From contig JBDRQD010000009.1 of the NCBI GenBank assembly GCA_043826455.1, positions 1 through 26,662 of the forward strand: a stretch of 26,662 nt of DNA. Reading direction: 5' to 3'. The notes under the pieces were generated by a model. That model made no database searches and was not told where the DNA came from. It was given only the letters and a program-made list of their open reading frames with translations. The DNA comes from Candidatus Bathyarchaeota archaeon (lineage in GTDB: Archaea; Thermoproteota; Bathyarchaeia; TCS64). Below are positions 7,835 to 16,989 of the stretch, piece after piece; the stretch's first letter is position 1, and the number at the start of each line of letters is the position of its first letter. Made by a program: the position numbers and the translations under genes.

Positions 7835-10357
7835 ATGACCGTTCACGTTACGAGCCCCGAGTCGTTCTTCGGGTTCAAGCTGGGCAGCGATAGGAATATC
7901 GCGCGGTGGGACCGCATCGTAGAATACTTCAACCTCCTCGGGAGGGAAAGTGACCGGATAAAGGTCGTGGACGTTGGGCCATGCACCGAGGGGGCTCCTT
8001 TCCTGCTGGTCGTCATCTCCTCCCCTGAGAACCTCTCCCGTCTGGAGGAGCTGCGTAGGCTCAACCTGCGGCTGAGCGACCCCCGGGGGCTCTCGGAGGA
8101 GGAGGCCGAGGCCCTCATAGCCGAGGGGAAGGCCGTTGTCTGCCAGTCCATGAGCCTCCACGCCAGCGAGATAGCCCCCACCCAGATGGCCCCCGAGCTG
8201 GCCTACGAGCTCCTCAGCGGGGGGGACGAGGACACCCTCCGCGTCCTCGACAACGTGGTCTTCCTTATGGTGCCCTGCTTCAACCCCGACGGCCAGACTA
8301 TGGTCGCGGACTGGTACGAGAAGTGGAAGGGCACGGAGTACGAGGGTTGCGACCTGCCCTGGCTTTACCACAGGTACGGCGGCCACGACAACAACAGGGA
8401 CGCGTTTCAGACCAACATGGTGGAGTCCAGGTACATGGCCTCCATCCTCTTCAAGGAATGGGTGCCGCAGGCCTACGTGGACCACCACCAGATGGGGGGC
8501 TTCGGAGCCAGGTTCTACATACCCCCATACACTGAGCCCATGAGGCCCTACGCGGACCCCCTGGTCTACTGGGAGCACATGTGGTACGGCGGCCACATGG
8601 CGACCCTGCTGGAGCAGGAGGGCAAGGAGGGAGTCATAGCAGGCGGCTCCACGTTCCCGGCGTGGGGCCACCTAGGCTGGCACCGCATCACCAACCACCA
8701 CAACATCTGCGGCATGCTCACCGAGACGGCGAGCGCCAAGCTGGCCACCCCCGTCCACGTCCAGCGCGACCAGCTGAAGGGCAACCACTTCAGCTTCCCC
8801 CAATACGTCCCCCAGGTCAACTTCCCCCACCCTTGGATGGGAGGCTGGTGGAGGCTCCGGGAGATGGTGGAGCAGATCAAGGTCTCGGCCTGGGCCACAT
8901 TGGACCACGCTGCCCGCAACAGGGAGACTGTGCTCAGGAACGCTTACCTGAAGGCCGTGAGGCAGACGGAGAGGGGCTCCGAGGACCCGCACCGGGCCTA
9001 CGTGATACCGGCTGATCAGCATGACGCCTCCGCCGCCCACATGCTGGTGGAGAAGCTCCTCCTCCAGGGCATCGAGATTCACGTCGCGGAGGAGGGTTTC
9101 GAGGTGGAGAACACGAGGTACGCCGCGGGGTCCTACGTTATATTGTCTGCTCAGCCCAAGTACGGCGTCGTCAAGAGCCTGCTGGCGAGGACCTTCTACC
9201 CCGACAACGCGTGGACCAGGGAGAAGGATGGCACTCCGAGGGCGCCCAGAGACATGGCCACCGACACCATGCCCGAGTTCATGGGTGTGAAGGTATGCCC
9301 GGTTGGGTGCGCCCCGCAGGCTAAACTCACAATCATCGAGGAAGCCAATCGTCCCCGGGGGGAGGTCAAGGGCAGTTCCAGTCACGGCTACGCCCTGGAT
9401 TGCAGGCAGAACATCAGCTACAGGGCGGCCGTGGCTCTCCTGGACGCCGGAGCCCGCGTGAGGCGTGCGACGGAGCCCGTCCAGTGCGGTGACAGGAGCA
9501 TCCCTGCGGGCGCATTCATAGTTACGCACGACAGGAAGCTTCTGCAGGAAGTAGCGTCCAGTCTAGGCGTCACCTTCCACGCGGTGTCCGCTGAGCCCAA
9601 GGCGGATGAGGTGAAGAAGCCCCGGGTGGGGCTCTACCAGAGGTACCGTGGAGGCAACGCTGATGAGGGCTGGACGCGGCTGGTCCTGGAGCAGTTCGGC
9701 TTCGCCTACGAGACCCTGATGGACGAGGACATCGACGAGGGACTCCGTGAGAGGCTTGACGTCGTCGTCCTCCCCAGCGACCCAGCCTGGATACTAGTAG
9801 GCGACGACGTGGAGAAGCACTACGAGGAGACGGGGGCCCAGCCGCCCAAGGTGCCGCCTGAGTACAGGAGCGGCCTGCACAAGGAGGGCGTGGGTGCATT
9901 GGTGAGGTTCGTGTCGGAGGGCGGTACCCTGGTGTGCCTCAACGAGTCCAGCATGTTCGCAGTAGACGCGTTCCAGCTAAGCCTCGGCGACGCCATCAAG
10001 GGACTGCCTAGCAAGGAGTTCTTCTGCCCGGCGTCGACGCTCCACGCCACCGTGGACACTGGTCACGTGCTGGGGTACGGCATGCCGGAGGACTCCCTCC
10101 TGTTCTTCTGGGACAGCCCGGCCTTCACCGTCAAGCCCTGCGTGGACAGCGAACGGTACGAGGTGGTGGCACGGTACCCGGACCACCAGATACTTGAGAG
10201 CGGGTGGCTGGACGGCGAGAAGCATCTCGCAGGTAAAGCCGCCCTGGTGGTGGCCCGCGTGGGCAGCGGCAGGGTTGTCCTGTTCGGGCTCCGGCCCCAG
10301 CACAGGGCTCAGACCCACGGAACCTACAAGCTTCTCTTCAACAGCCTCCTAATGTAG
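7835..10357 (+). CDS. M14 family zinc carboxypeptidase with a C-terminal class I GATase-like domain
   Basis: HASE (HxxE), PCFNPDG, GHDNNRD, DHHQMG, LTETAS; C-terminal DEGWTR...FVSEGGTLV...RPQHRAQTHGTYKLLFN. Confidence 0.88.
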   Translation: MTVHVTSPESFFGFKLGSDRNIARWDRIVEYFNLLGRESDRIKVVDVGPCTEGAPFLLVVISSPENLSRLEELRRLNLRLSDPRGLSEEEAEALIAEGKAVVCQSMSLHASEIAPTQMAPELAYELLSGGDEDTLRVLDNVVFLMVPCFNPDGQTMVADWYEKWKGTEYEGCDLPWLYHRYGGHDNNRDAFQTNMVESRYMASILFKEWVPQAYVDHHQMGGFGARFYIPPYTEPMRPYADPLVYWEHMWYGGHMATLLEQEGKEGVIAGGSTFPAWGHLGWHRITNHHNICGMLTETASAKLATPVHVQRDQLKGNHFSFPQYVPQVNFPHPWMGGWWRLREMVEQIKVSAWATLDHAARNRETVLRNAYLKAVRQTERGSEDPHRAYVIPADQHDASAAHMLVEKLLLQGIEIHVAEEGFEVENTRYAAGSYVILSAQPKYGVVKSLLARTFYPDNAWTREKDGTPRAPRDMATDTMPEFMGVKVCPVGCAPQAKLTIIEEANRPRGEVKGSSSHGYALDCRQNISYRAAVALLDAGARVRRATEPVQCGDRSIPAGAFIVTHDRKLLQEVASSLGVTFHAVSAEPKADEVKKPRVGLYQRYRGGNADEGWTRLVLEQFGFAYETLMDEDIDEGLRERLDVVVLPSDPAWILVGDDVEKHYEETGAQPPKVPPEYRSGLHKEGVGALVRFVSEGGTLVCLNESSMFAVDAFQLSLGDAIKGLPSKEFFCPASTLHATVDTGHVLGYGMPEDSLLFFWDSPAFTVKPCVDSERYEVVARYPDHQILESGWLDGEKHLAGKAALVVARVGSGRVVLFGLRPQHRAQTHGTYKLLFNSLLM

Positions 10358-10372
10358 AGGCTGAACCAATAA

Positions 10373-10384
10373 TTTTTTTAAAAA
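10373..10384. terminator. Bidirectional oligo(dT) terminator candidate
   Basis: TTTTTTTAAAAA between the convergent stop codons at 10357 (+) and 10393 (-). Confidence 0.5.
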
Positions 10385-10392
10385 GGGTAGGC

Positions 10393-10590
10393 TTAGCCAC
10401 GTCTTGTTCTCCTCGCCACTAAAAAGGCACCCGCTAGGCCGACGGCGAAGGCCGCCGGGACAGGGATGCCTCCGCTGGGCTGAGTTGCCACCGACAACGT
10501 GTGGGCTTGGATGGTGGCGACGGACATCTCCAGTTCTAGTAGAATGGCCGCCGTCAAGGCTGTTGTCCTGAAACCTGCTCCGGGCTTCAT
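10393..10590 (-). pseudogene. Possible remnant of a secreted cell-surface protein gene (signal peptide plus C-terminal anchor only), or a mini-protein
   Basis: MKPGAGFRTTALTAAILL...IQA|HT followed directly by QPSGGIPVP, a hydrophobic stretch and the basic tail RRTRRG. Confidence 0.4.
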
Positions 10591-10769
10591 AATGTCGCAG
10601 GCATATGAGGCGCACAGAGGTACCTTTTTTCAGTGAGCCGCGTGTTAGCCGAGCAACGTGAGATGATTTTAATCCAACCTAAACTGGGTATACGTTTCTC
10701 CCATAAAGACGGGGTTTCTCTGATCATTTTTTATATCTTCTGCCTCGACTAAAGGTGAGTGGATAATAT

Positions 10770-12059
10770 TTGGAGGAGCATAGGCCTCTGAGCGAGTCTC
10801 TGGACTACATCCAGTTTCAGTTTACCACCATCTTCGGCACCTTGAGGGCCGTGGAGTTCCCTGCCTCCCTGTGGGGTGAGATGTGTGAGGGTGCGGGGGT
10901 GGACGGGTCTAGCCTGGGGTTCCTGAGGACGGAGCAGAGCGACATGAGGGTTATGCCTGATCCGGGGAGCTTCGCGGTCCTGCCGTGGGATGTGAGGGTG
11001 GCCCGGCTCATATGTGACATTCAGGATAATGATGGTTCTCCTCACTCCACCTGCCCCAGGACCATCCTGAAGAAGGTGGTGGCGTCGGCCCAGGAGAGGG
11101 GCTTCACGTACAAGACCCGGCCAGAGCTGGAGTGGTACTACGTGAACAGTGACGTGACCCCGGCGGATGCAGGTGGCTACATGGACACCATGCCCTACGA
11201 CACGTACAGCTATCTGAGGCGCTCCACCATGGACGACCTCCAGGCAATGGGGGCGGCCGTCAAGACTATTCACCACGAGAACGGGCCGGGCCAGCAGGAG
11301 TTCGAGTTCGTGGAGGGGGACGCCCTCAAGCAGGCTGATGACGTCCAGACGGCCAAGATGGTGGTGAAGACCAACGCCCTCATGGAGGAGGTTATAGCCA
11401 CATTCATGCCCAAGCCCTTCCCGGAGGAGGCTGGGAGCGGGCTCCACATACACCAGTACCTGACGAGGGGCGGGGAGAACATCTTCGCGGACCCCGACAG
11501 GGGCGTAAGCGAGTTCCTGGTTCACTTCGTGGGGGGCATCATGGACCACGTGGACGCCATGACCGCCTTCCTAAACCCCACCACCAACAGCTACAAGCGG
11601 CTTGTTCCGGGTCACGAGGCCCCCGTCTACAAGAGCTGGGGCGTGGCCAACCGCACGGCCCTCGTCCGCATTCCCGGCTACGAGAAGAGCGCCCGCGTAG
11701 AGTACAGGGCCCCTGATTGCTCAACAAACATCTACCTGGCCTCAGCTCTGCTCCTGGCGGCCGGCTTGGACGGCGTTGAGCGGAAGACGGAGCCCATGCA
11801 GCCCACCAGGGAGAACGTCGAGAAGATGACGGCGAAGCGGAGGAAGGAGCTAGGCATCACCCAGCTGCCCTCCAGCCTGGGGGATGCCCTGGACCACCTG
11901 GAGTCCAGCGGATTCGTGAGGAGGGTGCTGGGAGAGGAGATGGTGGACATATGCCTGGACAAGAAGAGACAGGAGCTCCGGGAGTACCTGGAGGCTGAAC
12001 GCCTGGGCGAGTCGGAGGCCAGGGCCTGGGAGATCAAGAGGTACCTGGAGAGAAGCTAG
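10770..12059 (+). CDS. glnA: Glutamine synthetase type I (GSI-alpha-like)
   Basis: DGSS, ELEWY, HHENGPGQQE, ATFMPKP, GSGLHIH, NSYKRLVPGHEAP, NRTALVRIP, RVEYRAPD. TTG start with SD GGTGA and an upstream TTTTATAT. Confidence 0.88.
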   Translation: MEEHRPLSESLDYIQFQFTTIFGTLRAVEFPASLWGEMCEGAGVDGSSLGFLRTEQSDMRVMPDPGSFAVLPWDVRVARLICDIQDNDGSPHSTCPRTILKKVVASAQERGFTYKTRPELEWYYVNSDVTPADAGGYMDTMPYDTYSYLRRSTMDDLQAMGAAVKTIHHENGPGQQEFEFVEGDALKQADDVQTAKMVVKTNALMEEVIATFMPKPFPEEAGSGLHIHQYLTRGGENIFADPDRGVSEFLVHFVGGIMDHVDAMTAFLNPTTNSYKRLVPGHEAPVYKSWGVANRTALVRIPGYEKSARVEYRAPDCSTNIYLASALLLAAGLDGVERKTEPMQPTRENVEKMTAKRRKELGITQLPSSLGDALDHLESSGFVRRVLGEEMVDICLDKKRQELREYLEAERLGESEARAWEIKRYLERS

Positions 12060-12784
12060 CTCTCCCTGGCGCACAGCGACAGGTATGACTCCTTCAGGAG
12101 CCTCTGGGCGTTCTCCACGATCACCGGGCCTATCCCCTTGACCTCAGTCAGTGGGCCAGCCAGCTTCCTGGTCTTCCCGGTCTTTGACACCTTCACCTCG
12201 GCCCTGGCGAACTCCTCCAGCACCCGCTGCGGGGTCTCGAAGTGGTAAAGGAGGTCCTGGGCCAGGGTTGTGCCTATCTGGGGCAGGCCGGCCAGGAGGT
12301 AGAGCTGCTGCTCGTGAAGAGGTAGGCTCCTGTCCACGTTGCGGAGCTGGATCACCCGCTCCTCCTTGGCCTGCTCCCTGTAGGCGAGCCTGTGTAGGAG
12401 GACCCCGGTGTGCTCAGGGGACTCGGTGGGTATGATGTTTAAACCGTAGTCCAGGGCCAGGCTGCTGAGGGCCCCGTAGACGCTGCTGGGCTTCATGGCG
12501 CTCCTCTTGAAGGCCCGGCTCAGCTGGCCCTCCAGGATCAGGATGGAGCGCTCGTATAGGCCGGCCATGTCCTTGGCCTGGCTGAAGAGGCGCCCGTCCC
12601 TCATGCTGCCCAGGAAGTCGGTGACGTTCTTGCGCTCCACGCCCACCCGGTCGCTGACCACGTAGTCGCAGACGTCCAGTTTCCTGATGTCCACGTTGAA
12701 GCCGTTGAACTTGAGGTAGGTGACTATGTCCGCGCGGCTGCTGGCCTCGTTGCTGTCTATGCAGATGCTGAGCTGCTCATCCAT
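12056..12784 (-). CDS. xpf: Short XPF/ERCC4-domain structure-specific endonuclease (nuclease plus HhH2, no helicase)
   Basis: DYVVSDRVGVERKNVTDF...DGRLFSQA nuclease motif; HhH motifs LPQIG and VKGIG. Confidence 0.9.
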   Translation of the reverse strand: MDEQLSICIDSNEASSRADIVTYLKFNGFNVDIRKLDVCDYVVSDRVGVERKNVTDFLGSMRDGRLFSQAKDMAGLYERSILILEGQLSRAFKRSAMKPSSVYGALSSLALDYGLNIIPTESPEHTGVLLHRLAYREQAKEERVIQLRNVDRSLPLHEQQLYLLAGLPQIGTTLAQDLLYHFETPQRVLEEFARAEVKVSKTGKTRKLAGPLTEVKGIGPVIVENAQRLLKESYLSLCARES

Positions 12785-13529
12785 CCTTATCCACCTCGAA
12801 GGCTAGCTCCACCCTCTCCGCCTTTTCCCCTCCTTTCAGGGTCTTGATGAAGCCCATGAGCATGTTGGTTAGCGCCCTCCTGGTGAAGTTGTTGAGGGGC
12901 ACGGACTCGTCGTTCACCTTCAACGTGAAGGCCATATAGTTCCGTATGCACTGGGTGGCGTCCGCGTCGCCGCCTAGGATGGCCTTGCCCAGGCTTCTGC
13001 AGTCGGGGTAACCGCAGCCGTGGCAGTTGGTCCCCGGCAGCATGGGGTAGGCCCTTGACTCCACTATGTCGGCTAATGTAGCTGGGTCGGATAACTCAAC
13101 CGCCTCGATTCCGCTGAACTTTGAGCCGGGTATCTTGACGGCGGCCACCTCCAAGCCGTTCCTGAGTTTGTCTACGTCGCCGTCTTCTCGCGGGACAAGT
13201 ATCCTGGCGTGGGTGTCCAGGGTCTTGAAGCCCTCGATGACTAGAAAATCTAGGGCGCCCAGGCATCTCACGGCGTCGTTTATCGTTACGTGGTCGTCCA
13301 TGAAGAAGGCGGCGGCGTTATCGTGGAGGATGGCCGTGGCCACGGCCCCCGCGTCCCTGTGCCTTCTGGTGTCTTTTCCGGGCGTGTCGAAGTCGATGTT
13401 CTCTGCGGTGTGCTTCACTGTGCCCACCCTGTGGCCTCTACGGGTGAGCTCGCCGACGAGGGCCTCCACCACCCTCGTCTTCCCGGAGTCCTTGAAGCCG
13501 ACGACGGCGATGGTCTTGGGGGGAGTCAT
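12777..13529 (-). CDS. mobB: Molybdopterin-guanine dinucleotide biosynthesis protein B with an Fe-S domain
   Basis: P-loop GFKDSGKT, VKH, DTPGKDT.RH..AGA, IEGFK, and NCHGCGYPDC...C cluster motif. ATG 13529 preferred; GTG 13541 is an alternative. Confidence 0.92.
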   Translation of the reverse strand: MTPPKTIAVVGFKDSGKTRVVEALVGELTRRGHRVGTVKHTAENIDFDTPGKDTRRHRDAGAVATAILHDNAAAFFMDDHVTINDAVRCLGALDFLVIEGFKTLDTHARILVPREDGDVDKLRNGLEVAAVKIPGSKFSGIEAVELSDPATLADIVESRAYPMLPGTNCHGCGYPDCRSLGKAILGGDADATQCIRNYMAFTLKVNDESVPLNNFTRRALTNMLMGFIKTLKGGEKAERVELAFEVDKDG

Positions 13530-13637
13530 GGTGATACCCACGGTCTCGCTTTATTTATCCTCTGGGTTCCCGGGGATACATTTAATATTTGGTGGATGAG
13601 CATCTGGACGCGTCGAAGGGACCGATATTTGAGGGAG

Positions 13638-14837
13638 ATGGCTGGGTTTAGAAAGATTTTCGCAGCGGACATGCCAGCCGTCTACTATGAGCTTCTCTTC
13701 ATAGGGTTCAGCATCATGACCGGGATGAGCCTGTCCTCCAGCTTCCTACCCATACTAGCCAACGACCTGGACCCGTCGGGGGTGCTGGTGGGCATGGTGG
13801 TCTCGGCCTGGTTCCTCTCCAGGATATTCATGGAGCTACCGGCTGGCATCATCAGCGACCGAATAGGTAGGAGGAGGCTACTGGTTGTGGGCCTGGGCCT
13901 CAGCCTGGTGGGGCCGCTGCTGTGCAGCCAGGCGACCAACATCTACATCCTCATACTGGCCAGGGGTTTGTGGGGCATGGGTACGGCCCTATACTTCATG
14001 AGCAATATGGCTCTCCTCATGGACATCCTCCCCCAGTCCACCAGGGGCAAGGCCCTGGGCGTCTTCCAGGGCATCGAGTTCATAGGCAGTTTCATCGGGG
14101 CTCCTGTGGGGGCCTTCCTCGCCGTTTACCTCAGCTACACCCAGGTCTTCTACTTCACCTTCGCCTTCATCCTCATCAGCTTCGTCCTGGCGATGAGGTC
14201 AAAGAACATGAGGGGCCTGGAGGTCCAGGAACACAAGTCCAAGCTCACCATGAAGCAGATCACCAGCAGCCTACGCAACTGGGGGATAATCATGGTGTGC
14301 CTCATCAACACGTCCAGGATGCTGGTGATGCAGGGCATCCACCAGACCGTCCTCCAGCTATACCTGAACCAGCAGATCGGGCTGTCAGTGGCCGGCATCG
14401 GGTGGGTGGTCAGCGCATTCGTGGCGGGCCAGGTGATGGCTCTGCTCGTGGCCGGCAACATGTCGGACAGGTTCGGCAGGAAGCCGGTCCTCTTGGTGGG
14501 CTTCACCGTCAGGCTGGCTGGGGTTCTCCTGTTCACCCTGCCAGGGGGCCTGGTCATGCCTCTACTGTCGGGCCTCGTGTCCGGTGTCGGTGAGGGCCTT
14601 ACCATGACCACCCTCCTGGCCATGCTGACGGACATCGCGCCCCAGGCGGCCAGGGGAGGAGCCGTCGGCCTCTACAGGACCTTCATGGACTTCGGCGGGT
14701 TCCTGGGGCCCATCGCCTTCATGGCCGTCTACCGCGACTACAGCCCCTTAACGCCTTTCTACGTGGCCGCGGGGCTCTGCGTTCTAAACATCGTTATGAC
14801 GTTCTTCGCCCGCACAGGGTCGGCTACCTCAACTTAA
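13638..14837 (+). CDS. Major facilitator superfamily transporter
   Basis: About 12 hydrophobic segments and motif A twice (GIISDRIGRR, GNMSDRFGRK). Start set at ATG 13638 after GAGGGAG. Confidence 0.92.
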   Translation: MAGFRKIFAADMPAVYYELLFIGFSIMTGMSLSSSFLPILANDLDPSGVLVGMVVSAWFLSRIFMELPAGIISDRIGRRRLLVVGLGLSLVGPLLCSQATNIYILILARGLWGMGTALYFMSNMALLMDILPQSTRGKALGVFQGIEFIGSFIGAPVGAFLAVYLSYTQVFYFTFAFILISFVLAMRSKNMRGLEVQEHKSKLTMKQITSSLRNWGIIMVCLINTSRMLVMQGIHQTVLQLYLNQQIGLSVAGIGWVVSAFVAGQVMALLVAGNMSDRFGRKPVLLVGFTVRLAGVLLFTLPGGLVMPLLSGLVSGVGEGLTMTTLLAMLTDIAPQAARGGAVGLYRTFMDFGGFLGPIAFMAVYRDYSPLTPFYVAAGLCVLNIVMTFFARTGSATST

Positions 14838-14862
14838 ATTGCCGTTCACCGATCATCCACAT

Positions 14863-16224
14863 ATGGCGTCGTTAACTTTCCACGGCGGGGTCAACGAGAT
14901 CGGGGGTAACAAGATCCTTCTGGAGGATGGTGGCACCCGTCTCTGGTTCGACTTCGGGCAGAGCTTCACCATGGGCCAGGAGTACTTCATCAACTACCTT
15001 CAGCCCAGGAGGAGCAACGGCCTCAAGGACTACTTCGAGTTCAACCTGCTGCCCAGGGTCGAGGGCCTCTACAGCGAGGGCGCCCTCAGCGGCACGGCCC
15101 TCAAACATTGCGAGCCCGGGTTCCAGGGCGTCTTCATAAGCCACGCCCACTTCGACCACGTGAACCACATATGCTTCATAGACCCCCGCATACCAGTCTT
15201 CACCGGCAAGGGCACCAAGCTGTTCATGGAGGCCATGGAGCAGACGAGCCCCTACGCCAGCTACGGTGAGCGCGACTACAGGGGCTTCAGGACCGGGGAC
15301 GTGGTGAGAGTGGACGGCGTCGAGGTGGAGCCCATCCACGTGGATCACAGTATCCCCGCTGCGTACGGCTACATTGTGCGCCTGCCCGAGGCCACCGTTG
15401 TCTACACCGGGGACATGAGGGCTCACGGACCCAGGGCGGACATGACTCAGGAGTTCCTGGAGGCCGCCGCCTACTCTGAGCCCGACGTGATGATCTGCGA
15501 GGGCACCCGGATGGCGCGGAGGGGCCGGCGCAGGAACCTGACGGAGGCCCAGGTTGAGGAGGGCGTCAAGAAGGTTTGCAGGGAGGCCGACGCCGGCGGC
15601 AAGGCCGTCATATACACTCACCCGGGAAGGGACATGGACAGGCTACGCACCTTCCACAGGGCGGCGGAGTCCTGTGGCAGGGTCATGGTCATCAACCCCA
15701 AGACGGCCCACCTCCTGAACCGGCTTATAGAGGACGAGCACCTGGACCTCCCCGACCCGAGGACCGACGACCTGATAAGGGTCTTCTACAAGCGCAAGAA
15801 GTCGGGGAGCTACGACGACAGGGACTACTATGTCTGGGAGCGGCCCTACCTGGACCGGATCATCACAGCGGAGGATGTCCATGTGAATCAGGCCGACTAC
15901 CTGGTGAGCCTGGACTTTTACAGCTTCGCCGAGCTCATAGACATCCGCCCAGAGCCTGGCAGCTACTTCATCTACAGCATGAGTGAGCCCTTCACCGAGG
16001 AGGACCTGGAGGAGGAGGTCCTCCACAACTGGCTGAGCCACTTCGGGCTAAGCTACCACCAGCTTCACGCGTCGGGCCACATGAGCCCCAAGGAGCTGGG
16101 TGAGGCCGTGAACATGGTGAAGCCGGGTACGCTGATTCCGGTCCACTGTGAGGAGCCGGGGCTCTTCAGAAAGCACTACAAGAGTGTTAAGCTGCCCAGG
16201 CTGGGCGAGGCCATCACTTTCTAG
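14863..16224 (+). CDS. Metallo-beta-lactamase fold, RNase J-related (beta-CASP-like) nuclease
   Basis: LTFHGGVNEIGGN, DFG, SHAHFDH, DHSIP, YTGD, HASGH, PVHCE. Confidence 0.85.
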   Translation: MASLTFHGGVNEIGGNKILLEDGGTRLWFDFGQSFTMGQEYFINYLQPRRSNGLKDYFEFNLLPRVEGLYSEGALSGTALKHCEPGFQGVFISHAHFDHVNHICFIDPRIPVFTGKGTKLFMEAMEQTSPYASYGERDYRGFRTGDVVRVDGVEVEPIHVDHSIPAAYGYIVRLPEATVVYTGDMRAHGPRADMTQEFLEAAAYSEPDVMICEGTRMARRGRRRNLTEAQVEEGVKKVCREADAGGKAVIYTHPGRDMDRLRTFHRAAESCGRVMVINPKTAHLLNRLIEDEHLDLPDPRTDDLIRVFYKRKKSGSYDDRDYYVWERPYLDRIITAEDVHVNQADYLVSLDFYSFAELIDIRPEPGSYFIYSMSEPFTEEDLEEEVLHNWLSHFGLSYHQLHASGHMSPKELGEAVNMVKPGTLIPVHCEEPGLFRKHYKSVKLPRLGEAITF

Positions 16225-16278
16225 GGGGCGCCCCACCAACCCGTCGAAGCCCATGCCCAACACGTCCAGAGGCTGCTC
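16225..16278 (-). repeat. Degenerate direct-repeat copy of polB 3' coding sequence (partner 17032-17085)
   Basis: Ungapped hand alignment gives 45/54 identical nt. It translates EQPLDVLGMGFDGLVGRP versus PolB EQLLDALDMSFDELVGRP. Confidence 0.9.
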
Positions 16279-16349
16279 GATATATGGCACCCCTCGGATG
16301 CGATCTAATATATGTGCACGCAAATCAACTATCAGCAGAGGCAAATAAC

Positions 16350-16805
16350 ATGAAAAACAGTACTCTCGAAATCAAGGTAGCCATACAAATACTGAAACCC
16401 GCAAGCGAGGTGTACGAGGCCATCGTCGACCCCACAAAAATGTCCAAGTACTTCATCTCGAAGAGCAGCGGGAGAATAGAGGAAGGCAAACAGATCATGT
16501 GGCGGTTCCCCGAGTTCGACGCGGAGTTCCCCATCCGCGTCGGCAAGGTGGAGAAGAACAAGTACATATCCTATCACTGGGACGTGGACGGCAGAGACCT
16601 CCTGGTAGAGATGATGCTGAGCCCCCGAGACGGCGACGCGACCGTCGTCACAGTCACCGAGAAGGGCATGGAGAACGACGAGGCGGGCATCAAATGGCTG
16701 ATGGGAAACACGGGGGGATGGGCCAACTTCCTGGCCTGCCTCAAGGCGTACCTCGAGTACGGCATCAACCTGAGAAAAGGGGCATTCGACTTCCTGAAAA
16801 ACTAA
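16350..16805 (+). CDS. SRPBCC (AHSA1/START-like) domain protein
   Basis: IQILKPASEVYEAIVDP..MSKYF...GWANFLACLKAYLEYG pattern. Start set at ATG 16350. Confidence 0.88.
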   Translation: MKNSTLEIKVAIQILKPASEVYEAIVDPTKMSKYFISKSSGRIEEGKQIMWRFPEFDAEFPIRVGKVEKNKYISYHWDVDGRDLLVEMMLSPRDGDATVVTVTEKGMENDEAGIKWLMGNTGGWANFLACLKAYLEYGINLRKGAFDFLKN

Positions 16806-16989
16806 CCACGGCAGAGCGTGACTGGACTAAGAGCACACGAAGAAAGCGATGACCACCACCGACCGCCACCGCCACCTAAAAACCCTGAAAAAGGCTCCGA
16901 TCAGTAAAACAAGCCCTAGAAACGGGGAAAAGTGGCGGCGGTGAAGGGACCCCCCCTCCCCCCCTCCACACACGCAACAGGAGAGACAC

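Noticed and set aside
10770..12059. Gamma-glutamylputrescine synthetase (PuuA-like) linked to agmatinase
   Set aside because: The ammonium-site DGSS and the Glu flap (GHEAP) of true glutamine synthetases are retained, and the gene is about 9.5 kb from speB.
16048..16344. Minus-strand 98-aa ORF containing the PolB-like peptide as an expressed gene
   Set aside because: Only 18 residues resemble PolB, most of the rest is antisense to the RNase J-like gene, and there is no convincing start signal.
16912..16967. Replication origin ORB-like element (GAAACGGGG and G-string) next to polB
   Set aside because: No TCCAGTGGAAAC core, no repeated boxes and no orc1/cdc6 gene nearby.
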